A stretch of DNA of 64,000 nt from the IMG/VR virus record IMGVR_UViG_3300005686_000008; one strand, 5' to 3'. Shown one piece after another: positions 10,576 through 22,700 of the stretch. The stretch's first letter is position 1. Each line of letters opens with the position of its first letter. Position numbers and translations under genes: made by a program. Source of the stretch: a virus. Lineage: Duplodnaviria > Caudoviricetes. The notes under the pieces are model-generated. The model ran no database searches and was not told the origin of the DNA. It saw only the letters and a program-made list of their open reading frames with translations.

Positions 10576-13500
10576 ATGCCCTCGTTATTTTCCCCAAGAG
10601 AAGCAGGATCTCCCGACGCACAGAGATTAGTATGGCTCTCTATTGCTGATTATACACCATCTGTTGTGTTGAATAGCAGCGACAGTATTCCTCTAGTTAA
10701 TCTTAGTTCTGTATGGGAGGTTTCGGTTACTGTACAGACTGTTGAGTGGAGAGGTGTAAATCTTAACATTAGAGTAAAGAATAAGTCTCAGGTAGAACAG
10801 TCTGCTCCATATATTAGATTGAATTCCGGAATGTATCATCGTACATGGAATGGGGCTTCTGGCTCTTCTAATTACAGGCATATACGCAACTATATGAATC
10901 ATGATTCATATGGAATGAGGCCTGAAGCGATAAGTACGCAAGGATCTACCCCTATTTCTAGTGAAAAGTTTGGAGACCCAAATGCTATTTATGGCATTAA
11001 TTGGTTCGCTCCATGTTTGTCAGTAGAAAACTGGATAACTGGCATACCAGAATCAGGATGTCAGATGACAAGTATTTCTACAAACTATCCATATCCGTTT
11101 AGGATATACGGAGATTACGATCCTGTTACGCTGAAGGGCTATTTTAGAATAGAAGGCAACGTAAACGTTCCTGGAGAAGGGATTGTAGATAAGTTTGCTC
11201 CGGGAGAAACTAGAACTTGGGACGTTTGGTTGAGATATGAAGAGTTTAGGTCTTATACCGCATATACCGGAAGCCCATCATATAGAAAAGTTGCAGCTCT
11301 TAGGTCTTATGAACCATATTTTGTATGGTTCTGGGCAAATAATCCAGACCCTGATGTTGGTCCTAGAGTTAGCGGAAGAATATATGGAATAAATCTTGCA
11401 GGCCCTGCGGCTCCAAAGGCTTATTTTACAGCAAAGGATAATCCAAGAAGATATTTCTTGTTTAGCTCTCAGGATAAAGAAAGCCTAGAAGGAAGACTTC
11501 CGTTACCAGGACAGTCATATGTTCATCCTGAAACGGTAAGCGGATGGAAGGAACTTCTTGATGCGACAGTAGACGTACCCGCCCTTAAGACATATGGATA
11601 TAAGGGGGTTATGTATTTGAATATTTCTGGTTGGGGCAATAATGATAGGGGAGAAAATCCAGCCTTTTTTACAAACCTTCCTGAAAGTCTACGAAATAGT
11701 TTGGCGGAGATCAAAGATTGGGAACAAGAAAATGATTTGAGAGTTTTCTTTGCAGCAGATAATGTACTCAAAAAGGTAAATCTTGGTATCTTCTCTGATG
11801 AAGCCGTGCCTTTTGATCAAGATGATTTTTCGCATAGAGAGTTTGAAGGCGATAACTTTATTGATGGAGGACTTAGATCTGTAAGCGGAATATCGTTGCT
11901 TGGTTTGCCAGAAAAGATAACTGATTCATACATAAACGAATATATACAAGGATGGAGAACGGCGTATCCGTCTGTTTCTATGGCAACTGGCTCTAGGAAT
12001 GACAATAGTATTTCTTTGTATATGTCTCAGGGGTATATTGATAGATCAGAGTTTCTTACAAAGGACTTAACTAAGGGAGGAAGAGATTGGTTCTCTGACT
12101 TGCTTTTTGAAGGTCTTGATCCTTGGGTATATATGCCAATAGATTCATGGCATGCTGATTATGGAGATATCTCAACAACAGATTCTGCGTATGATGATTA
12201 TGTTCAATATATAGAGAAAAATCATCATGCCATTCCTGTTACCATTGGTCGTCTTGTTAGAAGAGAAAGCTTCTTTCCTAATAAACTAAATTGGAAAGAA
12301 GAGTTTGTAACATATACTTCTGTTCATGTTTGTGATTGTTCAACTTCTATATGTAAAGTTGGAGATCCCAATCTTGGAGGCAGAAAGATTTGTTTGCCAT
12401 CAGATATTCAAAAAAGCTATAGTATTAATCCTCCTGAAGTTTTAGATATGTTGGGTATTTATCAGTTTGATGCTTATTATGATTGGACTCTTCCAAATGG
12501 AGAAAGGCACTCCTGGGTTCCTGTTCCGGGTATTGATAGCGATCTTATTGCCGGTTCTGGAGATTCTTTATTATGGTTATTTCAGCAAGATAAGCTTGAC
12601 AAGGCAAAAACAACTTTCTACAACAATATCATTGGAACTTTAAGGTCAGGAGGAAAGCCTTATATTCCAGAAGGATTTAGCGGTAGTGTATTTCATAATT
12701 TTGAACTTAAGGCTTTTAATACTACTGATGATGTTAGACCAAGGGTTCAGGTTCAGGTTGGTAGTGGTTTGGAAATGATAAGCCAGTATGCAAATGCTAC
12801 GCTAGTAAGATCCTCTCCAGGATCAGGTTTGGCTGCAAGGCCGCTAAGAGATTGGTGGATTTGGGCTGTAGATCAAATATTCCCAGGATGGTCTAGTGGT
12901 AAAACAACTGCTGAACAAGATGATTATCTTCAAAAGAAATGGGCAGAAAGATGGTTATTTTGGATACAGGAATTGAATACCATTATAAGGCAAACAAGAC
13001 CTACGGTTCAAAAGATTGGTTTTTATGGAGGAGTTCCTTCGTATGGAGTCTGGTCTATAGATGGACTAGATTATGGTTCTCAAAATCCTGATGCGGTTAA
13101 TACAAAAAGAGAGCTTGAATTGTATTATTGGGAAGATTGGTCTCAGTATATTGACTATCTTGCTCCTTCTTTGTATCTTTGGGATAGCACAGCTCCATAT
13201 GATGTTAATCTACTATATTCACAAACTGGTCGTAGACAAAGAGATCCTATACAAGAAAAGATATTTTACCTATTAACAATTCGAAGCCTTGGAGAACTAA
13301 CAAGAATATCTGGAAAGCCATTGTATCCTTTTATTTGGAATGGATATCTAAGATCTTCTGGCTTTGTAAGTCCGGTTATTTCGGAGTTTGTGTATAAATC
13401 TCTTTACACAGCAGGTTGTCAAGGAGCTATTTGGTGGGCTGATGTTTTTATGCATAATGATGCTCTAGCAACAATAAGTGATATGGAGCAAAATTGGTAT

Positions 13501-15054
13501 CCTGCTTATGAGTTTATAAAACAAAGAACCTTTGCTTATAATGTTGATGTTGTGCCTCCTGAACCTATTCCATTTGATAAAGACACAGGCTTGCCTTTAC
13601 CTCCTAATGATGGAGGCTCTGGAGGTTCTGGTGGTTCTGGAGGTTCTGGAGGGGGTTCGAATCCGGAAAGTTCATCATTTATAGCTAAGTTTGGTAGATA
13701 TAATGTATCTTCTTTAGGCGGCGAAACAAAGCGAGATCCAATTGAAGGTTTTGGTGTTGCAAGGTATAATAATCCTGTTTCTGGTGCGGTTGGAGACTCG
13801 TTTCCTAATGATTATTCTAGTTATGAAATTGTAGCTATTGCAAACTCTATTGATGGAACAATTGAACTTCCGAAGGCTTTGGAAAAATACAATAAAGTTG
13901 AAATGAGTATTATCAACTCTTCTCTTATGAATGTTGGAGACCCGCACTGGGTTGTAGAGGATACTCTTGAATGGGTAAATTCTGGTATGCCTTCTCATCT
14001 AAGCCAGGTTCATCATTCAAATATCATATGCGGCGGTATTGGAGGAGAAAGACTTGCTCCGGGTTTGCTTGATTCTACGGCTCCTGCTTATCAAGCAAAA
14101 TATGTTATTCCATGCGATACTTCATGGTATGATAGAGTAAATTCTACCATTGATTACGATCTTTTTACAGATCTTGGTAATAGAAATCTGTCCATACCTT
14201 ATGCAAATTCTGTTATAAATGTTCCAGAAATGGGCAGTGTTTTTGTTGGAGGATATGGAGGAGTTCTTGTAATAAATAGCGTAACTAAAGAAGTAAACAG
14301 GCTTACAATAGCGTCTGATAGACCTTTACTTATCAAAGATATGAAGAAGTATGGGAATGTCATCTATATTCTAGATGAATCTAAATTGTACTTCTTTGAT
14401 ATAACAACTAGTCAAGTAACAAAGGATACTGCGGTTGGATTACCTGATAGGCTTCATGGTTTTGTAAGTGTTTTTGGAAGCAATCTTGTTATAGGCGCAA
14501 AAGATGGAATATATGCAAGAAAAGCAGCTTCGTCTGCATGGAATAAGGTTGTTTCTACAACTATGCCAGTAAATATACTCATATCACCAGATGCTGTTAT
14601 GGCTGTTTCTGATAATGGAGAATCCTATTATTCAACTGATGGATTCAACTGGAATAGGGCTGGCGTAGTGAACGATAAGGTTGTTAATAAGGTTCAAAAG
14701 CATAGGTCTCAGATGTTGTTTGGGACTACAGATGGGTTATATCAAGATGGAGGTTCATTTTATACAAACAACCTAGGTCTTCAGCTTTTAGACATTCTTA
14801 ATGATGTAAGTAGTTCTTCTAGCATAGGTGTAAATGATATTGATTCTGATTTTGACAAGGCTGTAATTGGGTTGTCAGACGGACGATATATCATATATAC
14901 GAGCGATTTTGCCGTACATACAGATTCTGCACTGAGCGCTATTCATAAGGTATTGATAAATGGTTCAGATATTTGGCTATTTGGAAATTCTTATTTCAAA
15001 GTATCATCAGAATCGTTTGTTAGAAAACTTGCAACTGGTTCAATTATTCAATAA
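10576..15054 (+). CDS. Multidomain virion protein: putative glycoside hydrolase domain(s) (GH56-like), GGS linker, C-terminal beta-propeller
   Basis: GH56-like motifs IPEGFSGSVFHNFE, RQTRP..IGFYG.P, YLAPSLY, GCQGAIWW; (GGS)n linker; Asp-box YSTDGFNW near the C-terminus. Confidence 0.55.
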   Translation: MPSLFSPREAGSPDAQRLVWLSIADYTPSVVLNSSDSIPLVNLSSVWEVSVTVQTVEWRGVNLNIRVKNKSQVEQSAPYIRLNSGMYHRTWNGASGSSNYRHIRNYMNHDSYGMRPEAISTQGSTPISSEKFGDPNAIYGINWFAPCLSVENWITGIPESGCQMTSISTNYPYPFRIYGDYDPVTLKGYFRIEGNVNVPGEGIVDKFAPGETRTWDVWLRYEEFRSYTAYTGSPSYRKVAALRSYEPYFVWFWANNPDPDVGPRVSGRIYGINLAGPAAPKAYFTAKDNPRRYFLFSSQDKESLEGRLPLPGQSYVHPETVSGWKELLDATVDVPALKTYGYKGVMYLNISGWGNNDRGENPAFFTNLPESLRNSLAEIKDWEQENDLRVFFAADNVLKKVNLGIFSDEAVPFDQDDFSHREFEGDNFIDGGLRSVSGISLLGLPEKITDSYINEYIQGWRTAYPSVSMATGSRNDNSISLYMSQGYIDRSEFLTKDLTKGGRDWFSDLLFEGLDPWVYMPIDSWHADYGDISTTDSAYDDYVQYIEKNHHAIPVTIGRLVRRESFFPNKLNWKEEFVTYTSVHVCDCSTSICKVGDPNLGGRKICLPSDIQKSYSINPPEVLDMLGIYQFDAYYDWTLPNGERHSWVPVPGIDSDLIAGSGDSLLWLFQQDKLDKAKTTFYNNIIGTLRSGGKPYIPEGFSGSVFHNFELKAFNTTDDVRPRVQVQVGSGLEMISQYANATLVRSSPGSGLAARPLRDWWIWAVDQIFPGWSSGKTTAEQDDYLQKKWAERWLFWIQELNTIIRQTRPTVQKIGFYGGVPSYGVWSIDGLDYGSQNPDAVNTKRELELYYWEDWSQYIDYLAPSLYLWDSTAPYDVNLLYSQTGRRQRDPIQEKIFYLLTIRSLGELTRISGKPLYPFIWNGYLRSSGFVSPVISEFVYKSLYTAGCQGAIWWADVFMHNDALATISDMEQNWYPAYEFIKQRTFAYNVDVVPPEPIPFDKDTGLPLPPNDGGSGGSGGSGGSGGGSNPESSSFIAKFGRYNVSSLGGETKRDPIEGFGVARYNNPVSGAVGDSFPNDYSSYEIVAIANSIDGTIELPKALEKYNKVEMSIINSSLMNVGDPHWVVEDTLEWVNSGMPSHLSQVHHSNIICGGIGGERLAPGLLDSTAPAYQAKYVIPCDTSWYDRVNSTIDYDLFTDLGNRNLSIPYANSVINVPEMGSVFVGGYGGVLVINSVTKEVNRLTIASDRPLLIKDMKKYGNVIYILDESKLYFFDITTSQVTKDTAVGLPDRLHGFVSVFGSNLVIGAKDGIYARKAASSAWNKVVSTTMPVNILISPDAVMAVSDNGESYYSTDGFNWNRAGVVNDKVVNKVQKHRSQMLFGTTDGLYQDGGSFYTNNLGLQLLDILNDVSSSSSIGVNDIDSDFDKAVIGLSDGRYIIYTSDFAVHTDSALSAIHKVLINGSDIWLFGNSYFKVSSESFVRKLATGSIIQ
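13612..13659 (+). repeat. Imperfect 9-bp coding repeat (GGS linker)
   Basis: ggaggctct ggaggttct ggtggttct ggaggttct ggagggggttcg encodes GGSGGSGGSGGSGGGS. Confidence 0.85.
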
Positions 15055-15066
15055 CGGGAATTGATA

Positions 15067-16731
15067 ATGGAGTTTATAGGGAAAAAGTATGGAGGCAAAG
15101 CTCAAGTTTTTAGAGCAAGCGATGGGTTCCGAGATAATCTTTCGTGGCCTGAACTCGGCAGTTTTGTTCAAGATATGAGTTTGCCAATAGGCGAGCCTCT
15201 TGTAAGTCATGACCCTCGTTTTGTATTTGAAGACCCGTTTTTCAAAAGCGGAACTGTTCAAGGTCCAGATTTTACTCAATCATTATGGGGAATTTCTTGG
15301 GTCACTCCTCTTGTTAGATATGATACGAGAGGCGCTGCATTGCCAGCAAGGAATGTTGATTACTTTGTTGATGAAGTTTCGCAAGATATAATTCCGTATA
15401 TGATAAGTCAGATGAATTCTATTGGTAGAACTGACTTTGAATATGCAATAGAAAACTATACTTGGGGAAGATCATTATCTGATCCTATAGATTGGGACGG
15501 TAGCCCGGATGGATACAATACGTTTCTGTTTTGGAATAGGCCAGAAGAAAGACCATCTGTTTTGAATGGATACAATTTTGGAATGTGGTCTAAAAATGGA
15601 ATAGATAATAATGTAAGCTGGGATGATGAGTTTTATAGCAAGCTCAAAGACGCTCTTACTGGCATATCTTTCAAAAGTCCGTATTTTTGTCACTTTAGGA
15701 ATGAGTTGGGTATTGATTTGTATCCCGGAAATTCTGTATATCCAATATCAGGAACTTTGGCAGAAATGCCTTGTATCAATCAATATACAGCAAATGATTT
15801 GGGTTATATGAGTTGCGCTTTAGGAGATCCTCTCTCTTCAGACGCTAGTTTCCTTATTGATGGACAAAGAACTTTCCAAGAGTTTTGGAACGAAGCTGTT
15901 CATAGAGATGGTGGAGACTGGCCTTGTCTAGATTTTAGCGAAGATGAATATGAAAGAACGCCAAAGGCTTTTGAGGGATTTTGGAGATCAACATCTTTGT
16001 ATAGAAAGGCCAATGCTTATTGTCTTTGGAAAGGGGGCTGCGAACCTGCTCTTACTTATTTCCCGAATATGATTTTTGCAAACTCTTTAGCGTTGGGTTC
16101 TCCAGGTTATGTAAATCCTGTAAAGTTTGGAGTTCAAAATACAAATCAAAGAGCATTGAGCGGGTATTCTATTCATAGTGTTTCTCCAGTATTGACAAAC
16201 CTAGCTTGTTCTCCTAGCTTTTATAACCTAGCCAGTGATGATTTTGATTTATATGCTAATGAAGATTTGACTCATACTTATAATACAACTCTTTCTAATA
16301 TAGACCCAAGAATTGCGACATTCAAAAACTATATGACCTATGATTTCGTAAATTATTATCCTTCTGATTTTACAGATTGGAACTGGTTTAGATTGCAGCA
16401 TATGAGAAGGGGAATGCATAATCTTGTACGTTCTTGCGGGACACTTAATCCTCCATGCCCGTGGCTTAGCGCGTGGGGATATAGGAATAATGGTTCTTCT
16501 GAAAGCACTATTACTGGTCTTACCTATGATAGAAACAATGCAATGTGCGCGCAGTTTAGAGAGGTATGGATTGAGACATTGAAGTATGCTATATCAATAG
16601 GGATAAGACAATTTGGAGTGTTTGAAGAGGCATATGATGAACCGACCATGAGTTTTTGGTATGACGTATTAAGTGAAGTGAAGGATTGGTACGATAATAC
16701 ATTTAAGAATAAGATAAGTGTTTACCAATGA
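15067..16731 (+). CDS. Hypothetical aromatic-rich protein, possibly a TIM-barrel glycan-active enzyme
   Basis: Intact ORF of about 554 aa between structural genes, W/Y/F/D-rich; ATG at 15067 preferred over TTG at 15061; function not recognised. Confidence 0.5.
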   Translation: MEFIGKKYGGKAQVFRASDGFRDNLSWPELGSFVQDMSLPIGEPLVSHDPRFVFEDPFFKSGTVQGPDFTQSLWGISWVTPLVRYDTRGAALPARNVDYFVDEVSQDIIPYMISQMNSIGRTDFEYAIENYTWGRSLSDPIDWDGSPDGYNTFLFWNRPEERPSVLNGYNFGMWSKNGIDNNVSWDDEFYSKLKDALTGISFKSPYFCHFRNELGIDLYPGNSVYPISGTLAEMPCINQYTANDLGYMSCALGDPLSSDASFLIDGQRTFQEFWNEAVHRDGGDWPCLDFSEDEYERTPKAFEGFWRSTSLYRKANAYCLWKGGCEPALTYFPNMIFANSLALGSPGYVNPVKFGVQNTNQRALSGYSIHSVSPVLTNLACSPSFYNLASDDFDLYANEDLTHTYNTTLSNIDPRIATFKNYMTYDFVNYYPSDFTDWNWFRLQHMRRGMHNLVRSCGTLNPPCPWLSAWGYRNNGSSESTITGLTYDRNNAMCAQFREVWIETLKYAISIGIRQFGVFEEAYDEPTMSFWYDVLSEVKDWYDNTFKNKISVYQ

Positions 16732-19700
16732 CATTAACTAAAGCATCCGTTTTTATTAGAACTGTTGGCTCAACCGATTCTTCGGCGGCTTTTTCTATTC
16801 CGCAAACAGGATATGTTGCTTTTGATGCGGCAAATTTCTATAAGCTTGAACAGGGCGATCCTTCTGTTGTTTTTGAGGTTGATGCAAACGGATCATATGG
16901 TTCGGGAGCATTGCATGTAGAGCCAATACAGTCAAGAACAAATTATCCAGTTATAACATATCCTGTTATTGCTGAAAAAGCAGGCAAATATAATGTTTTC
17001 ATAAGAGTAAAAACGGGAACTTCTGTTAGTAGTTTTACGTTTGATATTCTTATAGATGGATTTTCTTCTTCTACCGAAACAAGAACTGTTACTCCTGGAA
17101 ATTGGTCTTGGATAGAGACAACAATAGTTGTAAAAGATGATAGGAGGTTTGATCTTTCTATAAAGCCGCAGACGGCTGATTCGTATATTGATTCGTTCAT
17201 AATAACATCTGAAGCGATTCCTTCTTCTATTGAATATCAAAGCAAGTTCTTGACTTTGCATTTCAGAATGTTTGAAATGAATAGTAGCATGCTTCCGGGT
17301 AGTTCTTTGCCTATTTATGGATTCAAAACAACAATAGATGAAATCAAGGATGATAATTGGTATAATTTTGCTTTAGACCCATTGCCGGGTTATTCATCCA
17401 TATCGTTTGACATGCATTATGTTGCTTCTCTTTTTGTTTCTGGAATTAGCGATAGCCTTTATCTTATTTGGGATTATGCAAGTAATGAAGAAACGGTTTT
17501 TGACCCATACAATGTAACGTGTTCTTTGTTGTATGATTCTGAGTCTGAAGAATGGCTGCTTGATTGCGAAAAAAGCTATGCTATCAAATTCTATTCGCAT
17601 AGAGATGCTATAGACGAAAATGCATGCAAGATTATCGTTCCAGCTTCTGCTTTGGCTACGAATAGGACTCAAAAGTTTGATACAGCAAGTCTAGAGCCGT
17701 TATTCGCGCAGACAAAGATTGCGACTGTAGACAACGAATCAAATAAGGTTGAACTAAGCCTTCCGGATAGGCTTTTGTCTGTTGTTATGGACCAAAGCGG
17801 TTCTATGAGCTGGAATGATAGTCAAGGACTTCGCCATACTCTTACAAGAAGAATGGTTGATAGGCTTGAGGCGACATACCCCGGCGAAGTAAAATACAAT
17901 CTTCTCAGCTTAGGTTCTACGCCTATTAAGATTAACTTCTTTGCTGTTGTAGAAAATGATCAAATTAATACAAGCAACACTTCAGCGGTTGCTACTAGCT
18001 TTTTTGCTGACCAAGAGAGCGGATATGCTGGTGTGAGAATCATAAGAAAGAAAGGTTCTTATCCAACAGGCCCCCTTGATGGAGAAATTGTAACAGAAGG
18101 TTTTGTTGAAAGAGCCTTCGATGATGAACTTGAAGAGGGAGAAGAATACTTCTATGCTGCTTATACATTTGATTCTAATCAAGTATTCAGTAACGGAAGA
18201 TTTCTAACTGCAACTCCAAGAGTCAAACTCCCGCCTCGCGGAGTTGGAGGATTTACTTATAGGGTTATTACTGGTTCTGGTATAAAGAGAGATGAAAATA
18301 CTATTGGATTGTGGCATCTCAATGAATCAGTAGGTCAGTCTGCTTACGATTTTAGCGACAATCCTATAACTCTAAACTCGTCTTTTGATAACCTTGTATG
18401 GCTTAACAAGAATGATGTTCCTAGCGGAATAAGCGGTATCCGATTTGATGGTAACTCAACAAGAATATTTGGATACGACGGAGATGGTAAGCTTGTACAA
18501 ACTAAATACACATTCATGGCATGGGTGTATCCGTTTGATTTTGTAGACAAAAGAACTATTATATCTAGAGAGACCCCATCTTTAGATAAGATGACATTTA
18601 GGTTTGGAACAAATACTGATGGCACTTTGTATCTTACTATGGATGACCTTACTTTTGCTTCTTCTTCTGGAACTCTTACAAGTAATGCATGGAATCATGT
18701 TGCAGTAACTGTTGATCTTGATACTTTGACGGCAACATTCTACATTAACGGAGAAGCAAGCGGGAACGGATCTGTTGCAACTCTTGGATTCCATAGCATA
18801 GAGTCTATGGATATATACATAGGCGGCAAGACTTCTTCTTTCTTTGGCAAAATAACAGAAGTTAGCGTACACGATGTTGTTAGACCTTCATCTTATATCT
18901 ATTCTGCATCTATTGTGCCTGAAGACTGGAATGATAAGGTTTTGGATAATGGCGACAGGATAGTTGCTTTGAGATTTTCCGTTCCAGATGATTACAATTT
19001 CCCTGGCGGAAAGGTTTTGATTATAAGGAAAGAGGAAGTCGGCTCTGGCAATTTCGAGTACGTTACTCCTACAAATTCTGATGGAACCGTTGGGGATCCG
19101 GTCCTTGTATTCAATGGTTTTGGAGAAAAGCCATCTAATGAGACTGATGGAGTTGCTGTTTATAATGAAAACGCTTCTGCGGGAGAGCATACTGTTATCC
19201 TTCCATATGATTACGTTCATGGAAGAGTATACGACTTTAGAATATATTCTCAAAGCGCAATAGGTAACTATAGTCTCAGTTCGGATTCTCCAATACTTTC
19301 TATAACTATTCCCACTTTTGCTAATAGAGATGCAAGAAATGCGGCTATTTCTACTCCTTTTGTTAATAGCGTTGGAAATGTTCAAATTAGGGCAGGAAAT
19401 CATAAGTCATATTTGACATGGAATGCTATAAATGATGATGTTACAGATCAAGTTTTGGTTTTCTGGTCCGATACAGGCCCTCCTATAATCAATAATGATC
19501 AAGGCGTTAGCTCTTCAGCAATGCTGGTTTATAGCGGCAATCCATCTGAGTCTTCATTTGTTGATAGAAACATAGAAAATGAAATTGTCAATTATTATGC
19601 AGTTATTGCGGCTGATAGATATGGCAATTTTTCCGCTCCTGTATATGTTTCAACAGTTCCTCTAAATAGCGCTGACGAAACCGATATCCCGTTACTTGAA

Positions 19701-22700
19701 ACAAAACAGTTTAGATATGAAGTTGTAAATGAAAATGCTATTAGTTTGGCTTGGGACGCTCCTGTAAAATTCCAAAAAGAAATAGAGGCATGGTTTGATC
19801 AAAGAGTTGCATTGTATGCCCAAATTACTGATGAGTACGGAGCTGCAATCGCTGATTCTAGCCGTATTAAGTTTGATGCAAAAGCAACTGTAAGTTCCGC
19901 TCAGTTGGCTGAGGATGTTTTTGGAGAGACAATAAATTACACCACATTGACTCCTGAAGCTAAGAACTGTTTTGCTTTATCATCATCTGACATGGGCGAT
20001 GGTTTTATTAAGGGTATATTTAGGATGACATCAGATCAGGATGTCTTGTCTGCTATAAATACTCTATCTGCAACAATTTATGTTTCATACACTATACCAG
20101 ATAGAGAGAATCCAAGCGTAAATGTTTTTGAGTTTACATCTCTTCCTATTCAAATTGAGATGCAAAATCCGTTTACAATGGAAATGATAAACATTGGAGA
20201 TAACACGACTAATTTTGGAACTAATACGTCTATTGGTCTAAGAAAGAAATCAAGAAGGAGAAGAAGTTCATCTTCATCCGTAGCCGACCCAACCGTTGAC
20301 AATAATCCGATTGTTGGCGCTGATATGGTCAAGATTCTTTGCAAGCAAACAGTTCCTCTTGATAATCAAGAGTTTATTTCAACTGGCGGCTTATTGTTTG
20401 ACCCGAATAAGTTCAAAGAGTTTGATGGATGTTGGATAAGAAGAACAAGGCCATTTGTTGCAAGAGTGGTTGTTACTTATAGAGGGCAATCTCTTCCGGG
20501 CGGAGCTGATTGTAATGCTGCTGTATTTGAAGCTTCAGACCCTCAATGCGATCCAGAAGATAATAGCGATAGTAATCCTTGTTCTCAAACTGGTTCTGGA
20601 AGCTCTCGTCAACCTCCATTTGAACCATCTTTTTCTACAAGAAGAAGTAGAGCAGTTCAGCCTCCTGCAACGTCAATCCCTCTTAGAACTGGTTTGCAGA
20701 GATTGAATGATGGAACAACAAGGCAAGTAAGCTATGCTGATATTCCGCTAAGAGCGCCAAGAAGTCCTCAAGCTGTTATGCTTTTTGGCAAGGTTTCTTT
20801 CAATGGATATTCTTCTAGGAAAAAACAGTATATAGTATTCGAAAACATACTAAGAGTAGAAACAACTATTGAGCCGCCAGAATCTAACTGTATTGATGTT
20901 TCTGAGCAAAGAGCTAATGTTTACATGATAGATCCGGATAGTCCTAATGTAGATAATCCTAGAAAGATTCCGGTTCCTAATCAGCAAGTAGTAAGATGGA
21001 GTTTGAGAAAGGGAAGAAATTCAAAAGATAGACCATTCTATTCTTCTGATAATGTTCCAACAGGTCCGGGAGTATTTTCGTACACAAGAAGCGGTACAGC
21101 AAGGAATGTTTTCTTTGGTCCAGCTTGCGGAGTTACATGGGAGCTTTATATCCCTTGCCCTGGCAATATCATATATCTACCAGAAATGTATGCAATTAAG
21201 GCCTCTGTCGTTTATGATGGATTAAGCGCATTTGAAGAAAGACCAGCTATTATTTATCCGCCTAGCTTTGGAGGAAGAGGCTTTGGTTCTAGATTCCTTA
21301 TGGATATGCCTCAGTATGTAAATCCTCTTTATGCTGATGGATATGATCTTGTTAGATGTACAATATATCATGACCCAAATATTGCGGGAGGCACAACTGC
21401 TGGATGTTTTAGACAGTGCGCCGAAAATGCTAGTAGGCCAATATTCGTTTTGGATAACGGTCAAATTGTTGATATAGAGTCTGGTAATGATTTTGAGATT
21501 CTTCATGGAGAAAATCTAGAAATTGTATATGATGAAGATTTGGGAGAAAATGTTGTTAATAATGCAAATCAATCTATTGGATTTGCTCAGATTCCTCTTT
21601 CGCAAGAAGGAAATACAACTGTTTTCTATTTTAGAATCAATAAGTTTTTAGGAAGGCCTCAATCATCTGCAAGCAGCGATGATGGTAGTGAAAACAATCA
21701 AACAGTTAACTCTTGCGAGTGTATAGAAGTTCCGCCTGGTCTTGCAAAGAAGAAAGATCTTTCGATTGTAAACGGTAGGACTACTATTAATTTCAATGGA
21801 GAAACAAGATATCTTCGAGGTGGCGGAGACTTGAAGACTGGCGTTCCTCCAACAACAATAGATCTCAAAGAGCCTCTTGATATTTTTGTTGTTGATATAA
21901 GAAGAGATGGACAGTCTGTTAACAAGATTCTTTGCGATGGAGTTGCTGTTCACGAGTTTGTTCTTGAAGTAAAGTTCAAGGAGAATCCGGTTCCTAATGG
22001 TACGCCAGTATTTCTTACTGTGGCCGGTAAGAATCCTGAAAAGATAATACTTCAAAGCGACACAATATATACTTCTAAAGCAGATCCTGATGAACAAGGA
22101 AGAATAAAGAGTTATGCATCATTCTTTGTTGCTCCATTTGGACCGGAATCTGCTTTTGAAGCACAAGTTCAAGCAGAAACCAAGTATGATAAGAGGGGCG
22201 ATGTTGAAAGAAGTATGACTTGTTGTGTTACAATCAAGTATGACCCATCGCAGAAGAAAGAAGAAGAAGTTGTTGATAAGCCAGAAGGCGAAATAAACAA
22301 CGTTTTTAATGCAAGTCTTGACGTATATGATACCTATAATGATACATGGGTAACAAAGTCTTCTATGCAACATCCAAGAGGCTGCTTAACTCTTAATTGG
22401 ATGCCAGAAGCTTATAGTGATACACTGTACGCTATAGGTGGACTTAATGGCAAATCTGTTTTGTCGTATAATGAAATGTATGATACAGCTTCTGATATTT
22501 GGGTTTCTAAGACATCAATGGGAACGCCAAGATTTTATCATATGTCAGCAGAGGACGGCAACTACATATATGTCTTTGGTGGTATAACTGTAGATGGTTC
22601 TGATTTGCTTGTTACTAGCTCTGTTGAAAGATATAATGTATATACTGATACATGGGAAGATTTGCCAGACATGCCAGTGTTTGACCAGAATACATATGGC

